A stretch of 64,000 nucleotides of DNA from Candidatus Thorarchaeota archaeon (GCA_020348985.1 CP070761.1:3068971-3132970); one strand, 5' to 3'; shown: positions 1 to 9,923, counted from the stretch's first letter. The notes: generated by a model not told the origin, from the sequence alone. Numbers and translations: made by a program.

Positions 1-146
1 ATCCCGAAAGCTTCACATCAAAGACAATTGAGATTATAGTTCTGGCACTTGTGGTCCTGGCACTGTATGCACTCGTTCGCATTGATTGGTCAAGAATGAC
101 TGGCGGAAGATTCAGCGTCCCGTCAGAACCGGGACAAATCGATTAG
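1..146 (+). CDS. 3' end of a CDS entering from upstream of the window (C-terminal TM anchor)
   Basis: Frame 3 is open from the window edge to TAG at 144-146. It reads ...TIEIIVLALVVLALYALVRIDWSRM..., a hydrophobic helix followed by basic residues, like the C-terminal anchors of other surface proteins here. Too short to be sure. Confidence 0.25.
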   Translation, partial: PESFTSKTIEIIVLALVVLALYALVRIDWSRMTGGRFSVPSEPGQID

Positions 147-1120
147 TCCGAGTCTGGTTCATTGGAGCTCCCAAATCCATCGAAGAATCTCCGTCCAGAT
201 TCACTCAAAGACATCAATCCTCCACTGATCAGACCGGCAATTGCAAACAAATCCAATGGACCAGGAAGCGTAATCATTCCGACGTCGTTCATCTCTGCAA
301 GAAGCTTGAGAAGATGCCCTGCTCGGTAGAATGTCAGAAGCCCAACACATTTTGCTAGGGCCCTCTTGAGCCCCTCCACAAAGGCGTCCTTGGGATTCTC
401 AATCTCCTGCATTGCACGCTCAATTTCCAAAAATGCACAGCAGATTGTCTGCGACTCTTCGTCGGGATTCTCAAGGAAGTGTCCCGGCGCTTCAAGCTGA
501 AATGGATCGCGCATGAATTTCTCAATCTTGAATCGTGCATTATCGGATGGAATAGTCCACCATGATTCAAGGTGTTGATCAGTCAATGGTTTGACTGCTA
601 GCCCTTGATCTCGCTCTGGAATCGGAAGATTCCCTGTTGGCAGGAATGAATGCCACCCTGGTACTGTCAGTAAGCCAGGCCCAGGATCCCCTGGGGGAGC
701 AAGGTCGATTCTTCTTGTACAGTAGTGGACAAGGTCATAGATCGCATATCGCGAGTCAGGTCGAACGTAAACGAAAATGGGTTCATAGTCCCCTTCATGA
801 ACTGGGACTGCTTGATAGTCCCATATGTAGAGATACTGAAGGCATATGAAGTCCGAATCACTGGGATGACAGACAACCCTACCGAAGACATCCACGAACT
901 CGGTCTCTTCAAGAGCCTGAACTGTGTCTTGTGGCAATACGGATTGAAGAGTGGTGGCCAGAACAGAATCGGCAGACAGAACTCCGCCCGTTGGTGGAAG
1001 GTGTTTCTGAAGAAGCCCCTCATCAAAACTCGCAGTCAAATCACCGTCTACCTGGTCGAATGTCATCCTGCTGGGGTGAACCTCAAGATGAAGCCGGTCC
1101 TTGAATGCTTTCTCGACCAT
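143..1120 (-). CDS. hypothetical protein (325 aa), no recognisable motif
   Basis: Long ORF with normal amino-acid composition, 56 nt downstream of the DUF35 gene on the same strand. No family recognised. Confidence 0.6.
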   Translation of the reverse strand: MVEKAFKDRLHLEVHPSRMTFDQVDGDLTASFDEGLLQKHLPPTGGVLSADSVLATTLQSVLPQDTVQALEETEFVDVFGRVVCHPSDSDFICLQYLYIWDYQAVPVHEGDYEPIFVYVRPDSRYAIYDLVHYCTRRIDLAPPGDPGPGLLTVPGWHSFLPTGNLPIPERDQGLAVKPLTDQHLESWWTIPSDNARFKIEKFMRDPFQLEAPGHFLENPDEESQTICCAFLEIERAMQEIENPKDAFVEGLKRALAKCVGLLTFYRAGHLLKLLAEMNDVGMITLPGPLDLFAIAGLISGGLMSLSESGRRFFDGFGSSNEPDSD

Positions 1121-1176
1121 TAGAATTCACTATTCCGAGAGAGTTGGATCAGGTTGATGGTCTTTTACATTGAAGT

Positions 1177-1566
1177 TTAGACCGGTCTAAATGACAGATA
1201 TGTTCTGCCAGAGGATCCTTTCTCGTATTCCAGCCGTAGCGGAATGCTCAGCTTGATTTCTTCTGGTTTGAGTGGATCAAAACCAACTAAACGAGCGCTA
1301 ACACGTGTGCCCTCCTCAAGCTCAACAATCGCGACGATGTATGGTGCCTCGTCCTGGAATTCTTCAGGAGCAACATGGATCACCGTAAATGAAACGAGAT
1401 TCCCCTTCCCGCTCACTCGGGCCCACTCCATTTCGTTCCCTCCGCATGAGTAGCAAGAGCCAGTTGGAATAGCCTTAATCGTGCCGCAGCCTACACACTT
1501 GTATGCCTGAAAGTCGCCTTCTTCGATATTCTGCTTGTATTGCTCGATAGTTGGCTTCTCACTCAT
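1177..1566 (-). CDS. DUF35 family OB-fold / Zn-ribbon acyl-CoA-associated protein
   Basis: Rubredoxin-like ribbon CVGCG...CYSCGG followed by an OB-fold-like C-terminus. ATGA overlap with the upstream thiolase stop (1563-1566). Confidence 0.8.
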   Translation of the reverse strand: MSEKPTIEQYKQNIEEGDFQAYKCVGCGTIKAIPTGSCYSCGGNEMEWARVSGKGNLVSFTVIHVAPEEFQDEAPYIVAIVELEEGTRVSARLVGFDPLKPEEIKLSIPLRLEYEKGSSGRTYLSFRPV

Positions 1567-2735
1567 GCGTCAGCCCTCCTCATTATGTTGACAACACAAG
1601 TAGCACCTGTTCCTCCGAAGTTGTGCACTATTCCAGTTTCGTTTTTGTCGACTTGGTTTGGTCCGGCGTCTCCCATAAGTTCCTTGTACACCACAACGGC
1701 TTGCTTGACACCCGTTGCTCCGACGGGATGGCCAACAGCCTTTAGTCCGCCCATCGGATTGATTGGTTTGTCGCCGTCCCTCGCTGTGATTCCGTCCTTG
1801 ACAGCTGCCGCTCCTTGACCTGGTTCGAAGAATCCTAGGTCCTCGCTTGCTATTATCTCAGCAATAGTGAAACAGTCATGAACCACTGCGAAGTCCATGT
1901 CTTTTGGACCGAGTCCGGCCATATCATAAGCGCGTCGGCCAGCACTTACAGTGGCCTCAAAGGAAGTGAGTTCTCCTCTATCTGAGAGATTCATTGAGGC
2001 AGAAGCTTGACCAGTTCCAACGACTTTGATCGGCAGATCTGTATACTCCTTCGCCTTCTCTGTTGAGGTCAGTACCATTGCTGCAGCCCCATCTGAGATT
2101 GGGGAACAGTCAAAGAGTTTCAACGGCCAAGCGACATAGCGGGGGGTCATTGCTTTCTCCAAGGACACAGGTTTCTGGAACTGGGCAAGAGGATTGGTTG
2201 AGGCGTTATCGTGAGCTTTCACAGCAACTCTGGCCATGTCCTCTTCCGTCGTGCCATACTTCTCCATGTGTGCAACAGCTGCAATAGCGAATACACCGGG
2301 GAATGTTAGACCGAGGCTTGATTCGAATTCGTCATCCGCTGCTGCTGCAAGTGCTTCCGTGACACGATTTGTGGAAACAGATGTCATCTTCTCAGCACCA
2401 GCAACCAATACTGTGTCATAGAATCCTGATTCGATAGCCATTATTGCGGCTCTCAGCGCTGTAGCGCCTGATGCACATGCCGCCTCGTGGCGTGTCGCTG
2501 GTAGTCCTTTCAACCCCGCGTAATCCAGCAGAAGCGGCGCTGTATGGCCCTGATGTATAAGCATCTCAGGAATGAATGTGCCAATGAAAGCCGCCTGTAT
2601 ATCCTTCTTGTCAATACCAGCTCCAACTGTTGCCTTGTCAACGGCTTCCGTGAACATCTCTCTAAGAGTGACTCCGTCCAGCTTCCCGAACTTCGTCTGA
2701 GCTCCACTAACGATGCAAGTGTTCTTCAATGGCAA
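1563..2735 (-). CDS. thiolase (acetyl-CoA acetyltransferase / SCP-x-type)
   Basis: Nucleophile motif HEAACASGATAL, C-terminal GHPVGATG and GGTGATCVV (both catalytic Cys present). TTG start preceded by GAGGA about 7 nt upstream. Confidence 0.85.
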   Translation of the reverse strand: MPLKNTCIVSGAQTKFGKLDGVTLREMFTEAVDKATVGAGIDKKDIQAAFIGTFIPEMLIHQGHTAPLLLDYAGLKGLPATRHEAACASGATALRAAIMAIESGFYDTVLVAGAEKMTSVSTNRVTEALAAAADDEFESSLGLTFPGVFAIAAVAHMEKYGTTEEDMARVAVKAHDNASTNPLAQFQKPVSLEKAMTPRYVAWPLKLFDCSPISDGAAAMVLTSTEKAKEYTDLPIKVVGTGQASASMNLSDRGELTSFEATVSAGRRAYDMAGLGPKDMDFAVVHDCFTIAEIIASEDLGFFEPGQGAAAVKDGITARDGDKPINPMGGLKAVGHPVGATGVKQAVVVYKELMGDAGPNQVDKNETGIVHNFGGTGATCVVNIMRRADA

Positions 2736-2782
2736 GATGATGTCCTCAATTCGTTCCTGTCACGCCGAACGCAAGACAGCCA

Positions 2783-2791
2783 CTATAAAAA
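2783..2791 (-). promoter_or_regulatory. TATA-like box upstream of the thiolase operon
   Basis: The minus strand reads TTTTTATAG about 50 nt upstream of the TTG start. Only the A/T box is seen; the transcription start site is unknown. Confidence 0.25.
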
Positions 2792-2889
2792 CTGTACTGG
2801 AAAGTACCCAAGCAATAATTGAAGCAATTCCGTGCGTTCCTCATCACCCTTTTATTTTGACAAGTCAATGACTAGACCGTGAATAATGG

Positions 2890-3234
2890 ATGATTCTGCC
2901 ATTGATGCTTGGTTATCTTATTTCGAAAGCCAAGAGGCCCTTTGCTCCATCTGTATTTCTAGCGGCAGTCATTGGGACATTGGTCGGATTTGCCTCAGGT
3001 GTTGGATTAGTGCCTCTTCTATTTCCGTTTTATGTGCAACCGATAGCAGCAACTGGACTTCCTGAATTCAGAACGCTGGTTGTGTACGTGTTCCCTGGAC
3101 TCGAGATTTACCGAGAAGTAGTGAATATCTTTGAATTCATATTCCGAGCTTCAATCACAGTTACTTTAGCTTTCATCGCGGTGAGTGTCATAGGATCCGT
3201 CATAGGCTACATCCTTGGAAAACCGAGATCATAG
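2890..3234 (+). CDS. small integral membrane protein (114 aa)
   Basis: Three to four hydrophobic helices. No family recognised. Confidence 0.5.
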   Translation: MILPLMLGYLISKAKRPFAPSVFLAAVIGTLVGFASGVGLVPLLFPFYVQPIAATGLPEFRTLVVYVFPGLEIYREVVNIFEFIFRASITVTLAFIAVSVIGSVIGYILGKPRS

Positions 3235-3329
3235 TAAATCCCGACGTCTCCGCTCTATAAAGCCAATAGAACTCAACTCCGAAGGAGTTTAAAGAGAGTC
3301 TTATGACCAAAGGGCCGAGTTGACAAGTC

Positions 3330-4532
3330 ATGGATTTCTCGTTGTCTGATAAGGAACAGAAGATGTGGGAAAGGTCGAAGGCATTCACCTATGAACACAT
3401 CACGCCACGAGCACACGAGCTGGAGAAACGCGACGAGTTTCCGAAAGAAGTAGTCCAGAAAGCCTACGAAGCAGGTCTGATGAATCTACATATCCCGACC
3501 GAAGCAGGCGGTCCAGGCCTTTCTCTTGTTACAGAAACTCTGGTATCCGAAGCCACGGGATACGGCTGTGCAGGAATAGCAACGTCGGTCATGTGTAACA
3601 ACCTTGCGTTTGCCCCTCTCGTCATCAGTGCTACAACCGAGCAACTGAAAGAGTACGTGGAGCCACTGATTACGGGCAAAGAAGCGAAATTCGGTGCTTT
3701 CTGTTTGACCGAGAGGACGGCCGGTTCTGACGCTGCAGCTGTAGCAACGAAGGCGGAGCGTGATGGCGATGAATATTTGATCAACGGAGTGAAGTGTTTC
3801 ATCACAAATGCACCCCAAGCTTCATTGTTCACAGTGTTTGCGTCTACTCAGCCAGAGCTCAAGCACAAAGGACTCTCAGTCTTCATGGTACCGAAGTCTC
3901 GAGCCGTCAAGATAGGCTTGATTGAGAAGAAGGTTGGACAGCTCAACTCCGTTCAAAGTGAAGTCATCTTCGAAGATGTGCGAGTGCCAAGGAATTGCCT
4001 TGTTGGCAAGGAAGGAGAAGGCTTCAAGATTGCGATGATGACTCTTGATAAGACCAGAGCTGGAATCGCCGCGATTGCTACTGGTGTGGCTCAACGTGCT
4101 GTAGACGAGGCTGGTAAATTCGCGAGTGTGCGCCACCAATTCGGTCAGCCGATTGGAAGATTTCAGGGCATCAGCTTCAAACTTGCAGAAATGGGTGCAA
4201 GAACTTTCGCAGCTCGATGGATGACAAGATACAGCGCGTGGTTGGCAGATAATGACCTTCCAAACTCGAAGGACTCTTCCATGGCTAAGTTCTTTGCCGC
4301 AGATGCGGCAATGCAAAATGCCATTGAGGCGGTACAGATCATGGGAGGATACGGCTACATCAAAGAATATCCAGCAGAGAAGCTTATGCGTGACGCGAAG
4401 CTCTTACAGATCTATGAGGGTACAAATGAGGTGCAGAGAGTGGTAGCCGGTAATGCAGTAATCAAAGAGAGTGTCAATCTTGACACGGGCTTCCATGTCA
4501 AGTACGACGGCCGCGACGCTCCGCTGATGTAG
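3330..4532 (+). CDS. acyl-CoA dehydrogenase
   Basis: ACAD signature CLTERTAGSD, C-terminal QIYEGTNEVQRVV with the catalytic Glu, and typical length. Confidence 0.9.
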   Translation: MDFSLSDKEQKMWERSKAFTYEHITPRAHELEKRDEFPKEVVQKAYEAGLMNLHIPTEAGGPGLSLVTETLVSEATGYGCAGIATSVMCNNLAFAPLVISATTEQLKEYVEPLITGKEAKFGAFCLTERTAGSDAAAVATKAERDGDEYLINGVKCFITNAPQASLFTVFASTQPELKHKGLSVFMVPKSRAVKIGLIEKKVGQLNSVQSEVIFEDVRVPRNCLVGKEGEGFKIAMMTLDKTRAGIAAIATGVAQRAVDEAGKFASVRHQFGQPIGRFQGISFKLAEMGARTFAARWMTRYSAWLADNDLPNSKDSSMAKFFAADAAMQNAIEAVQIMGGYGYIKEYPAEKLMRDAKLLQIYEGTNEVQRVVAGNAVIKESVNLDTGFHVKYDGRDAPLM

Positions 4533-4547
4533 AGCAATGTGATTAGG

Positions 4548-4566
4548 TGCCGGGGATTGCCCGGCA
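4548..4566 (+). terminator. hairpin just downstream of the acyl-CoA dehydrogenase stop
   Basis: TGCCGGG-GATTG-CCCGGCA, a 7-bp GC-rich stem, 16 nt after the stop. The following T-tract is weak. Confidence 0.3.
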
Positions 4567-4640
4567 TTATCACCCATTCTTGTTGACATTGATACTCAGA
4601 ACCTGGCAGTAACCAACGTCAGCTACTTAAGCGACTCAAC

Positions 4641-5429
4641 ATGTCGCATAGCTGTCAAAGCGGGAGTGAATCCACTTTGGAAGATAATGAGACAATCAAG
4701 ACGATAAAGGAGCGCCGCGCGATTCGTGACTATGATACGGAACGTGACGTATCTGACGAGCTCATTCACAGGATAATCGAAGCGGGCACATATGCTCCAA
4801 GTGCCGAGAATCAACAGCCTTGGCGCATCATAGTGGTCCGTGACAAAGAGGTTCAGGAATTCATTGGACAGATTGCAGTTGACCGGACGGTACTCTTGTT
4901 TGGACGTGCGACACCGCGTGAAGAGCTCGAACGACGTTTGGGATACATCCGTTCCAAGGTGAGTCTAGAAAGGACAATTGACATTCTGATCAGTGGTGAG
5001 CGATTCGAGTACATCAAGGGGAAGAAGGAGACATTTGGCGCACCGGTCCTATTGGTCCTAGCTATCGACCAGACTCATGTAGGCAACTCACAAGAGACTC
5101 TACGAGGCACGGGGGGCGTCTATGGATGGTCTTCACCAAGACACGGAGTTATTGCTGGATCGATGATGATGCAGAACATGACACTTGCCGCAGCCTCACT
5201 TGGGCTAGGGAGTTGCGTTTCTTCAGTGCAGTTGGACCACTTCGATGACGTAGGTGAGATCTCAAAGAGATTAGGAATCCCATTCCCACATTGGACCCCG
5301 ATACTCTGTTTGACTGTCGGATACGCAAAGCACGAAAGAACATTGGGGCCTCCTCGACAGGCGCCTGAAGAGGTGACATTCCTCAATCAATGGGGAGAAC
5401 CGTTCAGTCCAAAGGAGGGCGGAAAGTGA
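4641..5429 (+). CDS. nitroreductase family protein
   Basis: IKERRAIRDY...APSAENQQPWRIIVV N-terminal nitroreductase motif. Longer than the classic members, with an internal insertion. Confidence 0.8.
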   Translation: MSHSCQSGSESTLEDNETIKTIKERRAIRDYDTERDVSDELIHRIIEAGTYAPSAENQQPWRIIVVRDKEVQEFIGQIAVDRTVLLFGRATPREELERRLGYIRSKVSLERTIDILISGERFEYIKGKKETFGAPVLLVLAIDQTHVGNSQETLRGTGGVYGWSSPRHGVIAGSMMMQNMTLAAASLGLGSCVSSVQLDHFDDVGEISKRLGIPFPHWTPILCLTVGYAKHERTLGPPRQAPEEVTFLNQWGEPFSPKEGGK

Positions 5430-5974
5430 CAGGATTGGAATTGCTCCAGAGAGGTTTCGTGTCTTTCTTTGACGGACTATGGTGGGGACTTAGAGATACT
5501 GTTGGCGCCTTGTCCATGAACGAGGGGTACTCAAGAGGTTTCAGACAGATGGGAATCGAAACCGCAGAGAGAGTTGGTGGTTCGGGACCCAAAGAAGCCG
5601 CAAATATAGCCTGTGACTTGCTCAAGGCTATTGGCTTGGACGCACAACAGAATGGTACTGAGATTCTAATTTCGTCATGTCCTTTGTGGGATCGCATCCT
5701 TGAGCGTGGCCTTGAGTATTCCCTTCACATTGAGGAGATTTGCTGGATTCCCATGCTTGAGGGCATTGCGGAGAAGACTGGAACGAAGGCATTCAAAGAT
5801 CAATCACTGAGACTTGCCTACGTAGAAAAGGCAGGGGTTGAATACAAGAAGAAGAAGGCCGAAACTGCGAGGGAGAAGGGCTTCATCACCGATGACGATT
5901 ACAATGCTCAGATTGCATCACTAGACGAAAAGTACAAACAAATAGAGGAGAAGGGGCATTACCGATTCGAATGA
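5426..5974 (+). CDS. hypothetical protein
   Basis: The ORF is open from ATG 5390. GTG 5426 is preferred: AGGAGGG lies 6 nt upstream and it makes a GTGA overlap with the nitroreductase stop. Lys/Glu-rich helical C-terminus. No family recognised. Confidence 0.5.
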   Translation: MTGLELLQRGFVSFFDGLWWGLRDTVGALSMNEGYSRGFRQMGIETAERVGGSGPKEAANIACDLLKAIGLDAQQNGTEILISSCPLWDRILERGLEYSLHIEEICWIPMLEGIAEKTGTKAFKDQSLRLAYVEKAGVEYKKKKAETAREKGFITDDDYNAQIASLDEKYKQIEEKGHYRFE

Positions 5975-6019
5975 CAAAGGCCGAGTGCCGCTCCTACCTC
6001 CACTGTAGGTGAGAGTAAC

Positions 6020-7288
6020 ATGGAATCATTGGAAAAGGCTGGTCTAGCGGTCAACTACAACAAAGTTGAGAGTACTAGACCCAAGAGCCTGCCTGATAGA
6101 GTCTTCATCTGGGATGAAACGCTTCGTGATGGAGAACAGACTCCTGGCGTAGCGTTGACAACAGATGAGAAGATCGAGATTGCTAAGATGCTTGACGAAG
6201 TTGGCTCTGCTGTCGTCACTGTTGGTTTTCCCGCAGTCAGCGAAGACGAGAAACGATCTGTCGCTGCAATTGCAGCTGAGGGCCTGCAGAAAGCAGTAAT
6301 TGCGGCTCCGGCTCGTGCAGTCATCTCGGATATTGAAAGCTGCATCGATGCTGGCGTCAAGGAAGTGCCAGTCTTCATTGCAACCTCTGATTTTCGTCTC
6401 AAGTATCAGCTTAGGATGACCCGAGACCAGATGCTTGAAAGGCTTCAGGAGTGCGTGGAATTCGGGAAGGAACACGGACTTCGAATTCACTACATTGCAG
6501 AAGACTCAACAAGGAGTGACATGGACTTCTTGTGTAGAGCCTACAGGTCAGCAATTGACGCTGGAGCAGACACGATTTGTGTAGCAGACACTGTTGGCTT
6601 TGCCAGACCCGAAGTTATGAGGCACATAATGCGTGAGATCAAGTCAAACCTTTGGAAGAAGAGCAAATACAAGGTACCCATTGCAGTACACTGCCACGAT
6701 GACTTTGGATTGGCAAACGCGAACACTTTGGTCGCAGTTGAGGAAGGCGTCACCTATCCACATGTTTGCGTAAACGGATATGGAGAGCGTGCAGGGAATG
6801 CTGCTTTTGAAGAAGTGGTTATGTCGCTCGATCAGCTGTACGGAGTGGATACCGGAATAGATACTGAAAGAATATTCAGATTGTCTACACTTGTAGAGAA
6901 GCACTTTGTCGTACCGCTTCCACTTCACAAGGCAATATCGGGTGACAATGCTTTCACTCATTCAAGTGGGATTCATTCACACGGTCAGTTGACCCATTCA
7001 ATGACCTACGAGCCAATCAGTCCAGGGATTGTGGGTCGTAGGAGAGAATTCCATCTAGGCAAGTTCGTTGGTAGACACTTCGTGGAATACATGTTGAAGA
7101 TGGGGGGTGTTAAGGCCACGACAGAGCAGGCAAAGGCAATAGCCGAACAAGTCAAGAAATCGCATGAAGAGCAGAAGAAAAGCCAGTCTCGGGATTCCTT
7201 TGATCAGATAAAGAAAGACTTGCGATCGCTAAGGACAGGTGTCTCTGAGAGGGAATTCTGGGCCATAGTATTCGACATTGTGACCTGA
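6020..7288 (+). CDS. 2-isopropylmalate / homocitrate / citramalate synthase family (HMGL-like), short form
   Basis: WDETLRDGEQTPG and HCHDDFGLANANTL metal-site motifs. At 422 aa it lacks the long LeuA C-terminal regulatory domain. Confidence 0.85.
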   Translation: MESLEKAGLAVNYNKVESTRPKSLPDRVFIWDETLRDGEQTPGVALTTDEKIEIAKMLDEVGSAVVTVGFPAVSEDEKRSVAAIAAEGLQKAVIAAPARAVISDIESCIDAGVKEVPVFIATSDFRLKYQLRMTRDQMLERLQECVEFGKEHGLRIHYIAEDSTRSDMDFLCRAYRSAIDAGADTICVADTVGFARPEVMRHIMREIKSNLWKKSKYKVPIAVHCHDDFGLANANTLVAVEEGVTYPHVCVNGYGERAGNAAFEEVVMSLDQLYGVDTGIDTERIFRLSTLVEKHFVVPLPLHKAISGDNAFTHSSGIHSHGQLTHSMTYEPISPGIVGRRREFHLGKFVGRHFVEYMLKMGGVKATTEQAKAIAEQVKKSHEEQKKSQSRDSFDQIKKDLRSLRTGVSEREFWAIVFDIVT

Positions 7289-7307
7289 TAGACTGGTCTG
7301 GTAGCCT

Positions 7308-8087
7308 TCAGCTCGTGACTAGCTTTCCTGCGAGTCTCCGTCTAAGGAGAACCCCGATGTCCATTGCCACAACTCCACCAAGGAATGCGATACCAAATGC
7401 TCCGAGGACAATGATGTCAGTCAACCATTGATTGAACAGGAACCAGTATACTAGCTCCACAATCAAGAAGACAGTTGCTGCCGCGAGAGAGACGTGGATC
7501 CCTTCCCTGAACACGCTCGTGTACTTATTGGCCGATTTGGTGATATCATCAAGTCTGTCCTGATATTCAGTGAGTTCGACTGAGACGAAGCGTCCAACTG
7601 CCAGTTGCTCGGTCGTGAAGGCTTCGAATCCATCAATATTGATGTGCTTCTCATCACCAAAGATGAAGGTTCCACGAACGTATCTGAGAGCTGCTCCTCC
7701 GCTGAGAAGCGCAAGAACTGCTATCACAATGAAGAATACGAAGATTTGCCAGAAGGCAAAACCAGCAACAATCACCGCTATGACTACAATCAAGCACAGA
7801 AGGTCAGATATTGCTCCTGCCGATTCAGCGCCGCCTTGGAACAGCAAACCAAGTCTACGCAAAGCATTCACACTGACCCATGTCTGGTAGATGTGAGCTT
7901 CCTCTGGACTGACAAGATGCTTCTCTAGCGATGGCTGAACGTCCTGCATCCTGCCACCATAGACGACAATCTTGGCAGTTTCTATGGGCTCGTCACTAAC
8001 AGAGCTCGTTGTTGGTTCTGCTTCAGAAGTAGTGTCTGTGGCATCTTCCATATTTCCATCCTCCCAATTCGATGGATAACCAGCCAT
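7308..8087 (-). CDS. integral membrane protein, hypothetical
   Basis: Acidic N-terminus and at least 4 TM helices. No family recognised. Confidence 0.6.
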   Translation of the reverse strand: MAGYPSNWEDGNMEDATDTTSEAEPTTSSVSDEPIETAKIVVYGGRMQDVQPSLEKHLVSPEEAHIYQTWVSVNALRRLGLLFQGGAESAGAISDLLCLIVVIAVIVAGFAFWQIFVFFIVIAVLALLSGGAALRYVRGTFIFGDEKHINIDGFEAFTTEQLAVGRFVSVELTEYQDRLDDITKSANKYTSVFREGIHVSLAAATVFLIVELVYWFLFNQWLTDIIVLGAFGIAFLGGVVAMDIGVLLRRRLAGKLVTS

Positions 8088-8171
8088 TTGTTATAACACT
8101 TGTCGTGGCTCGAGGCACTGATAGACAAACGACCGAACCGCTTTTGTCTGGTGAAGCTCTCACATTCCGCT

Positions 8172-8894
8172 ATGAAAGACCTCTTCGGTCAGATCATGAG
8201 AGATGCTTACGAGGGCAGAGATTCAACTCACATTCTTGAGCGAGACGACGGATATTCTCACGATTCTTCGGGTGCACAGTACGTGGCTTCATTCGATGAG
8301 TGGAATCCCCATGAGAAGCTCGCCATAGCACGAGCTAAAGGCAGGGTTTTGGACGTCGGATGCGGAGCTGGTCGTGTTGCTCTGTATTTGATAGAGCTAG
8401 GCCATGAGGTGATAGGCATCGACGTATCTCCTGGAGCTCTTGAGGTCTGCAAGGAGAGGGGCTTTGGCAGTGTACATCTAATGTCTGCCGAAACTATTGA
8501 CTTTCCTGACGAAACTTTTGATACAGTGGTGCTCTACGGCAATAACTTCGGCTTTTTGGGGTTTCCAAATCGTGTCATAGACATGCTGAAACAACTCCAT
8601 CGTGTAGCAAAGCGAGACGGGATTGTCTTAGCTGCAACACGAAATCCATTGATGACAGAGAAACCAGAGCATCTCGCACTCCATGCCAGGAATCGTGCTC
8701 AAGGAAGACCGCCAGGTCTCATTAGAATCAGAATGAAGTATGAGGGCCAGATTGGTGATTGGTTTGATCTATTGTCTGTCACAGAAGAAGAAATGGCTGA
8801 ACTTGGTGGGAAAGCTGGATGGAAGCTCAGCGAGATAATAAGAAGCGACACGGAGCAGCCAGAGCTGTACGTGGGCCTTCTGATAAAGGAATGA
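8172..8894 (+). CDS. class I SAM-dependent methyltransferase
   Basis: Motif I VLDVGCGAGRVALYL. The ORF is open from TTG 8100. ATG 8172 is preferred because 8100 lies only 12 nt from the divergent gene start. Confidence 0.75.
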   Translation: MKDLFGQIMRDAYEGRDSTHILERDDGYSHDSSGAQYVASFDEWNPHEKLAIARAKGRVLDVGCGAGRVALYLIELGHEVIGIDVSPGALEVCKERGFGSVHLMSAETIDFPDETFDTVVLYGNNFGFLGFPNRVIDMLKQLHRVAKRDGIVLAATRNPLMTEKPEHLALHARNRAQGRPPGLIRIRMKYEGQIGDWFDLLSVTEEEMAELGGKAGWKLSEIIRSDTEQPELYVGLLIKE

Positions 8895-8900
8895 ATCAAG

Positions 8901-9434
8901 ATGACAGTATATGCATTTGGAGAGTACACACCTGAGATTGCTGAGACGGCGTATATCCATCCTCAAGCCTCGGTAATTGGGGACGTGAAGATCGGTGAGA
9001 GAGTCTTTGTGGCCCCGATGGCATCAATCAGAGGAGACAGAGGTAGAATAGAGATTGGGGACGAATCAAACATCCAAGATGGCGCCGTGATACACTCCGA
9101 GAGTGGTATCGTGACTTGGATAGGTCGACGTGTCAACATAGGCCACAATGCTTCTATTCACTCTGAGCGGATTGAAGATTTTGGAGCGGTTGGAATGGGC
9201 GCCGTTCTGATGGTTGGTTCTGTTGTGGCAGAAGGAGCCCTCATTGCGAATTCTGCGCTCCTGCACCCTAAGACAAGGACTGAACCGTACAGCATCTATG
9301 CGGGCGTACCAGCCAAGCTGATGCGGAAATACGGCAAGGACGATTCTGCGCGCGCCGTCATAGACGAATACCTTGACCACTATGTTGAGTTCGCCTTAAG
9401 CTACGCCAAGAAACTGAGAAGAATATCTGACTAG
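8901..9434 (+). CDS. gamma-carbonic-anhydrase-like / left-handed beta-helix (hexapeptide) protein
   Basis: YIHPQASVIGDVKIGERVFVAPMASIRGD...IQDGAVIH hexapeptide pattern typical of the gamma-CA/PaaY family. Confidence 0.8.
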   Translation: MTVYAFGEYTPEIAETAYIHPQASVIGDVKIGERVFVAPMASIRGDRGRIEIGDESNIQDGAVIHSESGIVTWIGRRVNIGHNASIHSERIEDFGAVGMGAVLMVGSVVAEGALIANSALLHPKTRTEPYSIYAGVPAKLMRKYGKDDSARAVIDEYLDHYVEFALSYAKKLRRISD

Positions 9435-9511
9435 GATACTCTTTGAAGATCAGACAACGGTTTGCGCCTCTACCCAAGAGGTTATCTAGGTCAAAGTAAC
9501 TATAGTTAATT

Positions 9512-9796
9512 GTGAGCAAGATGATGGAACAAGCGTTCGTAGGAAAGGTCATTTCTACACAGATTGGCACGTTCGGTAACAAGAAGTTCAAGTATGGATA
9601 TATTACAGTCGACGTTTCTGGGAAGGCGATCAAAGTCAAGATTGACCGCGAGACTATATGCGAAACAATTCAACCCGGAGACCTAGTTATAGTTGAAGCT
9701 GAAGCTCTGGGTGAGACCGCGATTCTTGTAGCGAAATCAATTCGCATCCAACATCCTGCTGAGGATAGAAAACCCGTCGTCGAAGCTTCCAGTTAG
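9512..9796 (+). CDS. small hypothetical protein (94 aa)
   Basis: GTG start, with ATG codons 3-4 codons in. Beta-rich, possibly OB-like. No motif recognised. Confidence 0.45.
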   Translation: MSKMMEQAFVGKVISTQIGTFGNKKFKYGYITVDVSGKAIKVKIDRETICETIQPGDLVIVEAEALGETAILVAKSIRIQHPAEDRKPVVEASS

Positions 9797-9923
9797 CTCA
9801 ACGATTTCCCTGGTTCAAGCAAGAATCGAGGCTAGCAATCCCAATCAGAGTCGACAGTAAGACACATTATGTCATTTCCAACCGTACGTCTCCTACGAAA
9901 CTACTAGCTCGGAGTGTAGGCGA

